This document shows positions 41,846 to 56,530 of a stretch of DNA of 64,000 nt, in pieces. The translations under genes were made by a program, and so were the position numbers. Positions within the stretch are counted from its first letter, which is position 1. Each line of letters begins with the position of its first letter. The notes under the pieces were generated by a model. That model saw only the letters and a list, made by a program, of their open reading frames with translations, had not been told where the DNA came from and searched no databases. Origin of the DNA: the human T2T-CHM13v2.0 reference genome, Homo sapiens; NCBI RefSeq assembly GCF_009914755.1, contig NC_060942.1. One strand, written 5' to 3'.

Positions 41846-42879
41846 AACACTGATATTTCTTTTTGTTGATCAGGGGAATTACTGAAAACATTATTGATGA
41901 AAACACAAAGTTGAGTTCAAAATAAATGATTTACCAACTCAAGATAAACAACAACAACAACAACAAAACCAACCACAATGGATGGAGAGCTGAAAATACT
42001 GTCTTCAAGAGGGGTTTCACACACATGGTAATTTCTTAGCATAAGGTTGCCATCTTTTCTTTTACTCCTTATCCTTCTTAAAGTGTATTTCTTAATGAGG
42101 AGAAAGCAATACAATTAGGCTATCTTTGTCAAAATAGGTTGGAATGCTTTATAAATCAATCCCCAAATATCAGCGACTTAATACAATGAGGTTTATTACC
42201 CATCAGGTTGAATGTCTTTGAAGGTTGGCTGCTTGCCTTTGATTTGCTAAACTGAGTCATGTGGGATACCTAATTTCAATGGAATAAGGATGTGCAAGTC
42301 CATAAGGTGTTAAAAAAATCAGAAATATTTGGTAAATATCTCTAATGATATGATTTGGTGCAACCCTTTCAACTTCTTTTCTCCTTTATGTATATCTACA
42401 TACATTTCTTACATATATGTATGGTTAAAATTAAGATCACACATTATAAACAAAAAATTTATATCCATTTTTAATTTAACAATTTATGGGTTTTAATTGC
42501 CCATGTCATTAAATGCAAATGGAAATGTGATTTTAATCAAATTTTATGATATGGGTATCACAGAATATATTTAGATCCTGTAATATTATTAGACATATAA
42601 TTTGCTTTCAACTGTTTCTATTTTAAACAACTCATGATGAAAATTTTCAGAAATACCCTTGCACTTTCCTTGAATTTCTAGATATGTAATTTCTGGGTCA
42701 AATTTATGTGATATTAAGGAATCTGGATGAAATAATATAAATAGTCTTCCAGAATGGTTATTCAGCACTATGTGAGAATACCTATTCAGTGCAATCTTGT
42801 CAACGTTAATAATAAGAGGTTAAATATCTTTGCAGATTTGGTTGGTAGAAAATGTTGACTCATTAATTTAATCTCCTTC

Positions 42880-43460
42880 AACTCATGTTTACTGAGGTTT
42901 ACTAATTGCCAGATGCTCTTTTAGTCACTGAAGATATAGAAATAAATGAATTGTTTGCTTTAATGAGCTCACAGTTTAGTTGTGATGACAAACAACAAAC
43001 AAACAAAAATACTAAATGTAGCTATCTCTCTATATAGCTATACATATAGTATATGTATACATAAATACATATACACACCTATGTATAATAATACAGTACA
43101 TGTAATCAATGGGTTAAGAATATTATACGATCCACCAAGTTAAGAGAAAAGTGAAGAAGGGGCATGCTATTTTGTGTAGATTGATCAGAGAAAGACTCTT
43201 TGATAAGGTAACATATGAAAAATGACCAAAATGAGAATGAGGTAAAGAAGGTATGAATGCAGGTATTTGGGGTTTGATCTCTCCAGGCAGAATAAACAAC
43301 AAGTGCAAATAGAGATGTGAAATGCTTGAAAATTGAGTGGAAGAGAAGGCATTGGCAATTAGAGCAGTATTAGTAAGGGGATGGCATCACATTGGGCAAG
43401 GGAGGTGGTGTGGTTGGATGGGAGCCCCTGAAAATTACTTAAGGCTCTATATGCTCTGAC
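42880..43460 (-). mobile_element. L2 fragment, resuming at ~45689-45785 after the MSTA insertion
   Basis: TTCAACTCATGTTTACTGAG..TACTA..TGCCAG...GAGCTCACAGTTTAGT; GATCAGAGAAAGACTC.TTGATAAGGTAACAT. Confidence 0.65.
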
Positions 43461-43464
43461 AAGG

Positions 43465-45683
43465 TGATATGGTTTGGATCTGTGTCCCCACACAAATTTC
43501 ATGTTAAATTGTAATCGTCAGTGTTGGAGGTTGGGCCTGATGGGTTGTGATTGGATCATGAGGGTGATTTGTAATTGTTTAGCACCATCTCTGTACAGTT
43601 GTTCTTGCGATATGATTCTCAGGAGATCTGGTGGTTTAAAAGTGTGCAGCACCTCCCCACTTTCTCTCTTCCTCCTGCTCTGGTCATGTAAGACCTGCCT
43701 GCTTTTCCTTCTTTTTCTACTATAATTGTAAGTTTTCTTAGATGTCCCCAGAAGCAGAAGCCTGTATAGCCTGCAGAACCATGAGCCAACTAAACCTCTT
43801 TTCTTTATGTAAGTGCAAGAATAGACTAATACAGAAAATTGGTATTGAGAAGTGGGACATTGCTACAAAGATACCTGAAAATGTGAAAGTGCCTTTGGAA
43901 CTGGGTATTGGGAGAAGTTGGAAGAATGTGGAGGGCTCAGAAGCATACAGGAAAATGAGGGAAAATTTGGAACTTACTAGAGCCTTGTTGAATGGTTATG
44001 AACAAAATGCTGACCGTTATATGGACAGTGAAGTCTAGGCTGAAGAGGTCTTAGATGGAAATGAGAAACTTATTAGGAACTGAAGCAATGGTCATTTTTG
44101 TTATGCATTATCAAAGTGGTAGGCTGCATTGTGCCACTGCTTTAGGGATCCTTGGAAGTTTGAACTTGGAGTGATGTTTTAGGGTATCTGGTAGAAAAAA
44201 TTTCTAAGCAGCAAAACATTAAAGAGGTAGGCTGGCTGCTTCTAAAATGCTATTCTCATACACATGAGCAAAGAATTACCTGACATTGGAACTTATATTT
44301 AAAAGGGAAGCAGAGTGTAAAAGTTTGAAAAATTTGCAGCCTGGCCATGTGATAGGAAAAAAAAAGCGCATTTTCAGGGGAAGGATTAAAGAAGTCTGCA
44401 GGAATTAGCATAACTAAAAGAAAGACAAATGCTGATAACCAAGACAATGGGGAGGCCTCAAAGGCATTTCAGAGATCTCTATGGCAGACCCTCCCATCAC
44501 AGGCCCAGAGGCCTAATAGGGAAAAATGGTTTTGTGGGCAAGGACCCGGGCCTTGTTGCCTTGTGCAGCCTCAGGTCACTGCTTTCCATGTTCCAGCCAT
44601 TCCAGCTTCCCCTCATGGCTAAAAGGGCCCCAGGTATAGCACTGGTAGCTACTTCAGAGGGTGAACGCCATAAACCTTGGTGATTTTGACATGCTTTTAA
44701 GCCTGTGTGTGTGCAGAGTGTAAGAGTTGAGGCTTTGGAGCCTCTGGCTAGATTTTAGATTTATGGAAAAGCCTGGATATCCAGGCAGAAGCCTGCTGCA
44801 GGGCAGGAACTCTCATGAGAACCTGTACTAGGGCAGTGCAGAGGGGAAATGTGAGCTTGGAGTCCCCACACAGAGTCCCCACTGGGGCACTTGTTAGTGT
44901 TGCTGTGAGAAGAGGGCTTTTGTGCTACAATTTCAAGAAGGGTAGATCCACCAGCAACCTGGACACTGCACCTGGAAGAGCCATAGGCACTCAATGCCAG
45001 TGCATGAGAGCAGCTATGGGGGCTGACCCCTGCAAAGCCACAGGGTGGAGCTTCCCAAGGCTTTGGGAGCTTATCCCTTGCATCAGTGTGCCCTGGATGT
45101 GAGACATGAAGTCAAAGGAGATTATTTTGGAGCTTTAAGATTTAACCACTGCCCTACTACGTTTTGGGATTGCATGGGGCCTATAGCCCCTTTCTTTTGG
45201 CCAATTACTCCCTTTTAGAAGAGGAGTATTTATTCAATGCCTATACCTCCATCATATTTTGAAAGTCACTAACTTGTTTTTGATTTTACAGGCTCATAGG
45301 ATCTGTCTATCTGTGTTCCCATGCATAACTCATGTTGAATTGTAATCCCCAATGTTGGAAGTGGGGTCTGATGGGAGGTAATTGGATCATAGGGGCATTT
45401 TCTAATGGTTTAGCACCATCCTCCAGTGTTGTTTCCATGATAGAGTTCTCATGAGATCTGGGTATTTAAAACTGTGTGCACTCCCTGCCCCCCATCCCTG
45501 CTCCAGCCATGTAAGATGTACCTGCCTCCCTTTTGCCTTCTGACATGATTGTGAGTCTCTTGGGGCCTCCCAGCTATGCTTTCTGTACAGTTTGTGGAAC
45601 CATGAGCCAACTACACCTCATTTCTTCGGAAAGTACTCAGTCTCAGGCATATCTTCATAGCAGTGCAAGAATGGACTAATACA
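43465..45683 (+). mobile_element. MSTA MaLR retrotransposon: 5' LTR 43465-43833, internal 43834-~45300, 3' LTR ~45301-45683
   Basis: TGATATGGTTTGGATCTGTGTCCCCA...GACTAATACA|GAAAATTGGTA; MST/THE1-int phrases (AAGATACCTGAAAATGTG, GCCTGGATATCCAGGCAGAAG); second LTR ends GGACTAATACA; TSD CAAGG/TAAGG. Confidence 0.93.
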
Positions 45684-45773
45684 TAAGGACTTCAATTTTT
45701 ATTGAAAAAAAAGAACGACGCAGATTTCAAGGAGAGAAATGACATGGTCTGAATTGCATTTCTTTCATTTTAG

Positions 45774-46309
<536 letters not shown>

Positions 46310-46489
46310 AAAAGGAATTGCTTTTAATCTTCATATAATAAATAGATGTCTTTATAATTCAGAAGCAGAGCATTGCAGACAAAAATCACTCAAAATCGTA
46401 CAACTACAAAATGATGACCATGAAGATATTAATACATAATCTTTTTGACAGATATTGCTTCTAATCTTAAAATGATTTATCAAATTTAA

Positions 46490-47085
46490 AATTTTTATAT
46501 AATTTTTTGAGATACAAAAACTTGTATATGTTATATCTATATAATTTGGTAAGTTTGGAGAAAAATACGGTTGTGAAGTCCTTACTTCAATTTACGCCAT
46601 AAGCCTATCCATCGCCTCCATAATTTTATGAGTTTGACTATATTTACCATATAATTGGTATTATGTAGGATTTGTCCTTCTGTGTCTGGTTTATTTCACT
46701 TAGCAAAATGTGCTCCAGGTACATTCATATTGTTTCAAATGGCAGGAGTCCCTACTTTTTAAGGCTGAGTAATATTCTGTCATATGTATGCACCACATAT
46801 TAAAAATCCATTCATCCTTTGGCACACATTTATGTTGCTTCCATGTCTTGGCTATTTGAATAGTGTTACAATAAATGTGAGAGTGCAGATATTTTTTCAA
46901 GATCCTGATTCTATTTCTTTTGGATATATATCAGGAAGTAGAATTCCTGAAACCTATGATTGTTCTATTTTCAGTTTTACAAAGCTCCAAGCTATTTTTA
47001 TAATGGCTGAACTGAGTTATAATCCCACCAAGAGTGTGTAATGATTCCCTTTTCTCCACAACCTCACCAGCATCTTTTCCTTTTT
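46490..47085 (-). mobile_element. L1MA-type 3' fragment
   Basis: TTGTCCTTCTGTGTCTGGTTTATTTCACTTAGCA...TTCCATGTCTTGGCTATT...TTTGGATATATA.CAG.AAGT. Confidence 0.85.
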
Positions 47086-47385
47086 CAATTTTAATTTATT
47101 TAAACCATTTTACCACTGGGATCACGTGTTAATGACTGGAGTAGCCAACTGGTAGTGTGAGTATTACTTTGTTCATAATGGTCATAATTAGACCATCAGA
47201 TTATTTGTGAGGAGAGTTCATATAATTCGATTTTGTTACCAAATAAATTGTTGCTATTGCTGCAGAACAATTAGAAATACTTTACATATCTGATTGAAGC
47301 TACTTTAGACACATTTGCCATTTTTGTGCTGGTTTTATATCCTAATATGTGGGGCAAGCACAGGCTCCACTGCTTTTCTCTTCTT

Positions 47386-47716
47386 CTTCTTCCTTTTTTT
47401 TTTTTTTTTTTTTGAGATGGAGTGTCGCTTTTTTGCCCAGGCTGGAGTACAGTGGCACCATCTTGACTCACTGCAACCTCTGGAGGCCTCCCACACTCAA
47501 GCAAGTCTTGTGCCTCAGCCTCCTGAGTAGCTAGAACTACAGGCGCATGCCACCATGCCCGGGTAATTTTTGGGTAATTTTTGTATTTTTAGTAGAGACT
47601 TGGTTTTTCCATGTTGGCCAGGCTGGTCTCGAACTCCTGACCTCAAGTGATCCACTTGCCTCAGCCTCTCAAAGTTCTGAGATTACAAGTGGGAGCCACC
47701 ATAAGAGAGCCTGGCC
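47386..47716 (-). mobile_element. AluS/J
   Basis: Full dimer; TSD CTCTTCTT; internal GGGTAATTTTT duplication. Confidence 0.93.
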
Positions 47717-47899
47717 CTCTTCTTGATTATCTTAGGAATTATTACTTTGTTTTATTATTTTGATTTTTAAAATGTTGCTTTATTATTTTGATTTTTAAAA
47801 ACCCACTATGTTGAAAGAAGATTTCATTGATTTTTATAATTTGGGGTCAACTGAATCTTCCTTCCCAGAATCATGATACATGTCTTTATTTACTGAAAC

Positions 47900-48090
47900 T
47901 TTTTTTGTTTTTAAAAGTTTTAAAATTAACATACAATTATAGTGCATATTTTTGTAGTACATAGTGATGTTGTGATACATAAAATGTATAGTATTCAGAT
48001 CAGGGTAATTGGCAAATTCATCCTCACAAACATCATTTCTTTCTGGTTCTAGCTATTTGAAACTGTATGTTATTGTTAATTATAGTCTTT
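47900..48090 (-). mobile_element. L1MA 3' fragment within older degraded L1 sequence (~47800-49550)
   Basis: TACATAGTGATGTTGTGATACAT...GATCAGGGTAATTGGCA..TCATC.TC. Confidence 0.65.
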
Positions 48091-49606
48091 TATGTTCTAC
48101 AGGGAGATGTTGTATTCTCTAGTCATCTATTTTTCATATTTTGCTTTACATTTTCTTAAAGTAGCATACGTACATGCATTTACAAGTGTATATTTTACTT
48201 TTCATTTTGTTTTTAAATGGTAACCACTTTCATTTGAAAAAGGCTTTCTTTTTATTTTTAATTTTATTTTTGGTGTATAACCTACTACCTTATTAAATAT
48301 CATTGGCAAATAATCATCATTTTTACTCTCTAATATTTATTTATTCAATGTACCAGTTAGGCTTAGAGAAGAATGTTGACTAACTGCTGTGACTGCAGAT
48401 AGCCTTGTCTTATTCTTTTCTTAAGAAGGCATGTTTTCTTTCTGTTTTACAGAAATACTCTTTGTCATGTTAAGAAAAGGGGTATATTTTTCTAGTATAT
48501 TAATACATCTTATTAAAGGATGATTAATTTTATTGTTACTTTTTAGCATCTATTGAAATAAATCATCTACCTTTCATTTTGTTATCTTAAAAGATAATGA
48601 TGATGACACTTTGCTGATTTCAAGCAATCTCTGAAATTTTAATAAACTCTTTGGTGCCATGTTGTATTAGTCATATGGGTTGCATATGCTAGTATTTTAT
48701 TTGATATAAAAATGTTGCATCTATGGCAACATTTTTCTTCGTTCTGTAACAATATAAACAGCACCAGAATCACTTTTCTTTAGTGCAGGACTTTCATCAA
48801 GTAAAATTCTTGGTTAGAGTTCTTTGACAGCAATTGTTTGATAATTGATCAGTTATAGCTCTCTTTTGTTTCCTTACTTTCTTTGAAAATAGTGGTAATT
48901 TATATTTTCATATATTTTAAAAAGTTTTTTAGCTTGTGGATATTTCCTAGTATAATGTTTTACAACAGGGTTCCCTTTATTTTTTAAAAAGTTTCCTCCA
49001 AATCCTTGAATATATTGCATTTCTTGACTTTGTTATATTTAGTAATTTCTCTTGTATACATCCTTGTTTAGACATTTTTAGGGCTTCGACTATGTTAATA
49101 ACAATTTGAGTAACAGTTATTCCTTCATTCTATCAATGTAATTTCTTTATTTTGTTTTGTAGTCTCAGCTTATCATCATCCACATCTTTTATTCTTTTAA
49201 ATTTCTTAATTCTTGATTTAAATGCATTATTTTCATTTATCTTCAGCAACAGAAGCCTTTAAATACTTAAATTTTAAGTTGAGGACAGTAGCATAAGTTT
49301 TGAGATATATTTTATTAACCTTCCTTTCATAATTTCTTAGTCTATGGTGTATTTTTGGCAATGGAATTTTCAAAAGAAAATACTAAATTTCTCATGTGTT
49401 TAGATTTAGAAGTCGTGCTTTTGTTTGTAATTTTTACTATTGTTGACTTGTGGTCAGAGAGTTTGGCCTTAAAAAATTTTATGTTAAAAATCAATTTTCG
49501 TCGAGTTCAATATGTGTGTTTGTATGTGTATGGTAAAGTATTATTAATTTTTATACATAACACACAGCATTTCACATCCTCACCTTCTCTTCAGGTGAAA
49601 GAGGTT

Positions 49607-49785
49607 GTATATATTATATATATACATATATACATATATAATATATATCATATATACATATATAATATATACATATGTACATATACATATATAATATATA
49701 CATATATGTACATATATTATATACAAACATACTCATGTGTGTGTATACATGTATGTATAGGTATATATATAGTATGTGTGTGTAT
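49607..49785. repeat. TA/TACA/TG low-complexity repeat
   Basis: Direct reading; accounts for the spurious 196-aa ORF 49355-49945. Confidence 0.9.
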
Positions 49786-52700
49786 CTTAAATACTTTAAT
49801 TATAATATTTAGATGTTTTATGCCATTCACACTTATTGAATCTCATACTACATTAGGTGGTAAATTATCTTCTGTAGAAGAATATAAAATATTCACACAA
49901 AATATTGCATATAAATTCAAAGAGTTCCCCAGAAAGCCCCTCTGAAAGAAAATAATGAATTCCTTTATTCCTATGTCCATTGGCCACTGTTAAAAACATC
50001 TCCCCTATATGTTATATTATGATATCTGTTTAAGCAGCCAAATCCAGAAATGAAAAGGTATTTAAATTTCCCATTATGATTAAGATTCATCAATCTCTTT
50101 TCATTTTTCTAATAATTCAGGCATATATACATTGATATTATATTGGATGTTACACAAAAATATATTACTGACATACTGTGCCTTCTCTAGGACTAGTACC
50201 TGGTATCAGTAACCAGTAACCCTCTTTGTTCTGTTTAGGATTTCCTTATATCCATTTACTCATGTTAATTTACACTGTTCATTTCCTGTAACTTTTAATG
50301 AATCTGAGTAGTGTTTTGCTTGAGTCTGTGGGATATTTCATGAATACTCACAGAATATATAAATAATTTTATCTACTCATTTCTAGCATGCAACTTTGAT
50401 TTCTGTATCTTTATCTTATTGCATTAAACTATATTTACATAATATTGTTAAGTATTAGAAGAAGGCATCCCTTTAATTGTTCTTTTTTTTTAAATGAGCT
50501 TGCTTTATGTTTTACAGGGAGTTTAACAGTAACTGTTACTTTAAAATAAGTTTTCTTCATCATGTTAAAATTATTCCTATACATTTAGCTTTATAGTATT
50601 TTAAAAATCAAGAATAGTTATTTAGCCTCTCCTAACAATTTTTTTCTTTGCTTTCCTCTTATTTTTTCAAGTCATCAACTCTGATCAAGGGTATTACTGC
50701 ACTTTGACTTTTCAATTTACAAATAGAGCAACTACTTTATTTCTCTCCCCTTGCCTCCTTTTCACAAATATACAGCAATCACTGCTACCAAATGGAAACA
50801 AAGCTAACCCACTGCACTTCCATTATCAGCAATTTCTGGTTCCCACAATTCCATACTAGTCACGGTAGAACGGTTTATTACTCAGAAACAACACTGCAGT
50901 TGACACTGATGTTAAATATGAATGAAGGAGTGATTGGTTTGAGAGCATGGAGTTATGTTTGATAACCCACAAAACCCTTTCTGGTGCAGCATAGGAGAAA
51001 ACAATGCAGTCTCTGGATATTTCCTAAAGATGCTGAACGATCGTGACTGGCTAACGAAACAGGCTTTTTTTGCTCTTAATAAACTTTTCTGTATGAAGAA
51101 TTTATTAAGTTAGGCATATGAACAAAGTACATAATGAAATCTCTAGGTGTTTGGGTTTAAAAGTTATTCTTTATGTTATTCCATGTTTTGATTTTTTTTA
51201 TTTTTTAAATATTTATAATAAATTATCATTTGGAAGACTTAATGGTAAGAAAAAACAATTTCTTCAAGCATATAATGAAGTTGTCCTTACATAATTTTAA
51301 CCGTGTGGAATGTGACTAGTGTCACTTTTAAGATTATGGTTTACATTCATTCCAGATAAAGGAATAGTTTTCAAAATGGCATTTCAAATAAAAAAGTAAT
51401 TGCTAGATTGTAAATCTTTTGCTGGTAAAGACTTAAGAGAGTTTAATGTCTTTTTAAAAAATCATATGTAGAATAATGCTTTCTATTTAAAAAACTCAAT
51501 TTATAATTATTGACTTATTTCTCTTCATTTTGCTAAAAACTGATGAATTCTAGGGGAAAGAAACTATTTTTAATCACCTTTCGGCTTATCTTTTTGGTTT
51601 TCTATAAGTTTCTGGTGCCCTTAATGCAAATAACCAATAAAAAATAAAGAAATACTTTAGGCCAAAATATTTATGGATGTAATGTTAATTACTGTTCAGT
51701 TCACTGTCTTTTAGTAACTTGAAAATGTTTGGTATATGATAAACACAGTTTTTTGAATGACTGGTGTATTTGTGTCAGAGAACAAAATATCCTGAGAAAT
51801 TTCTGCCCCCACATTGATTCATTCTGAGATGTAAAGCTAAGGTGGCTTATTGTCTATTAGGCACTATAGGTATATAGGTCTGTAAGGTAAGACCCACTTA
51901 CCTTAGTCTAGGCAGGGGAGAGAGCAGACAAGCCGCTGAGCACTAAGGGTTTTAAAAGCAGGATGCAGACAGACATTTGTGCTACATTACTCTGAAGTTT
52001 ATAAGCTATGGGAAAGAATCAATCAACGTTTAAAGTTTTATTTCAAGTTTTTTTCCAGCTAAGATTGTTTGTTATGGACTCTAAGCCTGTCCTGAAATAG
52101 CTTGCCCTGCTCTTCCACAAGTGTTGTTGAGCATTGGCACTGTGGGTAAAAGTAATGTCTACAGTGATGTTGTAAAATACGAAGATACTTTATCCAAGAA
52201 GTATATACAACTAGGATTAGATTTTAAGATTCAACATTTGAGGAAATATTATCCTGTTGTCAATTATCTTCATAAACCACGGCACCTTTTATATTTGTCA
52301 GGTTAGTTCCTTGCAACGAAATTGTGCAAATAAAGGAAGGAAAGTAAGAATTGCAGAGCTGAAATTTAAATTTAGGCATCTTTGATGCGAAATAGGATCC
52401 TTCTACTGCTTGATACTATAATGGAGAAACTAAAAACTTTATTTATAAATATAAACAGCTTTTCTTCTTCCAGGAATTTTCATTTTTATTAGAATTTTTT
52501 AAAACCTGGGATTGCTAAAAAACATTTATTTTTTTCTGCCTCTGAGTAGTATCTGGTGAATGCAGACATCAGCATTATTATCCACAAAGAGACAGAAAAG
52601 TGTATAGGTAACACAAAGCCCTGAGTACCTGCCAGTGAGTGAACTCTCCAGAGCTTTCATCTGGCCGTATTCCAGGTATTTCTGGTTACTGCTTACTCTC

Positions 52701-52869
52701 CATCCCACAGCAGTGGCATATGTTTAATGATGTAGTTTAGACCATTAACTTTCTTAGCAAGTATTGCAGTTATCAAAATTAAAATCTTCATCAAGTGTCA
52801 ATAGAGTTGCTCAAATATTAGCCTTCACCAATTTTATTTTTCTTAAAAATTAAACCTTACAATTATTGC

Positions 52870-53070
52870 TACTACTACAATTCATTGAGTGCCTATTGGT
52901 GCCAAACACTTTATAAATTCATAAAAATACAATCAGAAGTGAGTTTTATAATCCCCAGTTTTACAGATGAGAGAACTGAAGCTCAGAGGTCAAATCATTG
53001 CTGATAGTGTTTTGGCACAAATTCGAATCTCAGTATGCCTGTTGTCGTAGCCTATATTCTTCTCACTATA
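52870..53070 (-). mobile_element. MIR
   Basis: ATTCATTGAGTGCCTATT.GTGCCA...ATCCCCAGTTTTACAGATGAG.GAACTGAAGCTCAGAG. Confidence 0.8.
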
Positions 53071-55029
53071 CTTTGTTGCTGTTAAACTAAATAAATAAAA
53101 TTCAGGCATCAGGAGAGGAATGCAATTATTTAGGCAGGCATCTAGTAATATAAATACCTTTCATTTGCTCTTCACAGTCTCTTCTCTGTAAAATCTCATT
53201 TAATTCACTAACTGTGTAAGAGCAAAGACCACGACTAAAAGAAAGGAACGTGCAGGAATATGGAGTGAAAAAAAAAATGCCTGCTTTATATGGAATCACT
53301 AAAGGAAAGACAGGTCACATTGCCAGCTGGTGCTATGCTGTCTGTCATCAGGTTTGACAATATAGTGTAAACATGGGGTCTGTGACACTGAACAAGTAGG
53401 GAACACCTTATTACCTCCAAAAATAGCACAAATGCCAAGCAACTTTAACTGGCTTAGTCTCAGGAAATTTCTTCATTGCCTACGAATGTAAGGTTACAGT
53501 AAATTACTTAGAAACTTAAGGCTTGAGTGTATCAAAAAACTCAGCTTTTCTGCATTATTTTGATGATGGTTGAGTATTACTTCAAATTAGATTTGCTACA
53601 TTGTTGAGTTAAAATTCTCTGAAGAGTCCTTAATATGAAATCAGGTGAAGAATTATGAAAACTAAACATAATATTCTATTAAATGAGGAGAGGAACTATA
53701 CATGCAAAGGAACTTGCCACGTTCCTTTGATTTTAGAATGAAGAAACTATTTCTCAGGCAAAGTTTGTCTACCAACATTCATTCTGTAGGGAATACTTGA
53801 AATGAAATTATAAATCTGCAAGCAGAGATTTTATTATAGTGAAAAACCTTACAGAATCTTAACCACAAAAGCCAAATGCTGCAAAGGCTGTGATGAATAC
53901 CAGGTCTATACAGTTCTTAAGTAATTAGTACAACAAAGAGAAGAAAAAATTAATTAAGGATAATTTCATGTTCATTCATGTTGATTTCTTACTAAAAGGA
54001 TAATATTTTCTTTTTATAAAATTAATTTTGATAATTCTCCCTGAGATATTTTATATTACAAAACAACTTTAAAGAAATATTCTGACTTTGCAAAACTTTT
54101 TCATTTAAAATAGAGTTTTTTTTTTTCCCAGAGAAAATTCAGCTTTACCAATCCTGTGATATTTTCTTCTAAAAGAGGAAAAGGTGTTTATATAATATCC
54201 ATTTCCTCTCGCCTATTATCCATATGTCTTCTACCTAAGCTGACTGCAACTTATTTGGCAAAGCAATGTTTTTCTAACTTTAGCAGTGGGAGCCTATGTT
54301 TAAATGAAATTGTGTATAGAGATCTGATATGTAATGCAAGTGGAAAGTCAGCTGGTGGGTTGAACATAAAGTTGGGAATGGGGGGAGATCTGACTTTGCG
54401 TTGCTTTTGCCCATTCCTTCTCAATGACCCAAGGAAGGCTCCATGAAAACCCTAGGGATCTTCCGACATAGTCTGAAACCATTGGAATAAATCACCCAGC
54501 CATATTGTTGACTGGATTGGATTTGTTTAGGTTCTCTTCCATTTCATTTTCAGCTGTTAAATGCCTATTCATGTTTCCAAATTTCTCACACGTATTTTTC
54601 TTCAGGAATAACAACAACCATAAAAAAATTATTTTTTTCTGTTACAAGGTTAACTGCAAGTTTCAAAACTTTTTGGCAAAATATAATCATAAAAGTGTGG
54701 GTTATTTTATGAAAAAAATATTGTAGCAAGATAATGGATCAGTCAGGGTTCTCCAGGTGTCAGGTGTTTGAAGGTGATGTAAAAAGATTCAAAAGGCTCA
54801 ACAGAACTCACTTGTCTATCTGCCTGCAACCCCCAAGAGGCCAAACTCCTAATGAAGCTCTGAGTGTCTGCAAGATTTATGGTATTCTTAGGTCTAAATT
54901 ATCCTCTGAGCTAGCTTCAGATACCAGAGACTGGTTCCCTGGACTGGGCTATAGTACACTCCAAACCTCCAAGCACACCTGTCCTTGAATTCTGTTGGGG
55001 ATGTCTTCTGTAGCTCAGGCAATAAGAAT

Positions 55030-55260
55030 AGGTAATAGGTATCCAATCCTTATTGGAGTCAAGCCCTGCTATAAATGCTTTCTATGCATCAACTCCTTTA
55101 TTCCTTATAACAGCCCTTTAAAGAAAGTTCTATTACTATTCAACTTTTGCAGATGTGATAAACAAAACATAGAATAGTTAAGTGGTCCACAGTCACACAG
55201 ATAATAAAGATAGAGTTGAGACTGAAGCTCAGGTAGTTAAGCAAGAGACTTCATCTTAGA
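55030..55260 (-). mobile_element. MIR
   Basis: ATCAACTCCTTTATTCCTTATAACAGCCCT...TTTTGCAGATG.GA.AAAC...GTCACACAG.TAATAA. Confidence 0.7.
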
Positions 55261-56406
55261 TCAAGAATATTTTACAGGGCATCCCATAGCTTGAGGATAT
55301 ATCACCATTGCATTATGCCACCTTCAGGGAAGCTGCATAGATACCCAAGCAAGGAAGTGTGCTTAGCTAAATTAAATCTACCGTAAGTAGCTCAAGAGAA
55401 GTAAGTGTAAACAATGTAATCTAAAAGTATAGCTAAGCTACGCAAAGATATATTTTTTAATGTTTCTAAAGAACATTTTTTCTTAAATTGTGTTGACGCC
55501 AACATGATAAGAAGTGGATTATCCAAGTGGAATTTAAAAGTGTGAACATCTTAGTATAGTGCTTTTAAACATTTTAAACAGTTTATTTTGCTCTATCTTC
55601 AGAATCACTGACTTCCAAATGTCTTTAATTTCCAATTTCAGTAAGACTATATGCTTTTTTCTCAAGTTAAAACCGCATGATAACTCATGTGATTAGTCAG
55701 TTACTCATTGAGATATAATCTGTGCCACATAGTTTTGGCTTTAAAATAGAATTGACCAATGTAAGTGACAGACTGACACTGATGACCAAGTGTGTCTGTT
55801 TTCTGTTATACATATCTAGACTGAATGGCTATTATACATTAATTCATACACAAGATTGAGGTTATTCTCAGGGTCTGTGTAATGAGAAATTACACAACTC
55901 ATTTTACATAAATATACTCAATTAACTTCTAAATTTATAGTTATTATTTTGGATATTCTGACCTTTTGTACTTAACAAAACCGGTGTTACTTTTGATAAT
56001 TCTCAGCTTGTTATAGGAAAAAAAAACTTTGTCCTTAATTAGACTCATACAGAGCTTATATTATAAAAAGAAAAAAAAACTAAATATCTTTTACTTGTAT
56101 TAAATTAAGTGTAAAAACCCTTTTAAGTATATTATCTTGTATACCAGCTTTAATAAATTTAGAAGATTAATGACATTACTTCTTGAGCAAATTTAGAAAG
56201 AATCAGATTCTTTTCCAGAATATGTTATAGTACGTCCCATAGCTACCAGGTATGTCACAAATTACATTCTTTCACATCTTATTTTCAAATAAGAGGGTGA
56301 TCTATATTGAAAATCCATTGTAATCCTGCTACATTGCATTTTAACTGAACTCTACAAAATACAATCAGGAAAGGTCTCTGATGATCATCTAGTCACATAT
56401 AATGAA

Positions 56407-56530
56407 CAGCCATGTTTTACAACTCCAGGGTGCACCCATTGTGGAAGTGTCTAAGAAAATGGTGTTCCCTGGGGCACAAATATCACGCTGTTCATGGTGT
56501 CTCCTGTGGTTGTGAACTAAGAGGTCTTGT
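56407..56530. mobile_element. MER91-like hAT-Tip100 MITE
   Basis: ACAACTCCAGGG.GCACC ... GGTGTCTCCTG.GGTTGTG inverted ends. Confidence 0.55.

Noticed and set aside
43742-45102. Cluster of overlapping ORFs
   Set aside because: Fragments of the decayed MaLR internal region.
49355-49945. Longest ORF (196 aa)
   Set aside because: Runs through TA/TACA low-complexity sequence (Y/I/H-rich) and degraded L1; not a gene.
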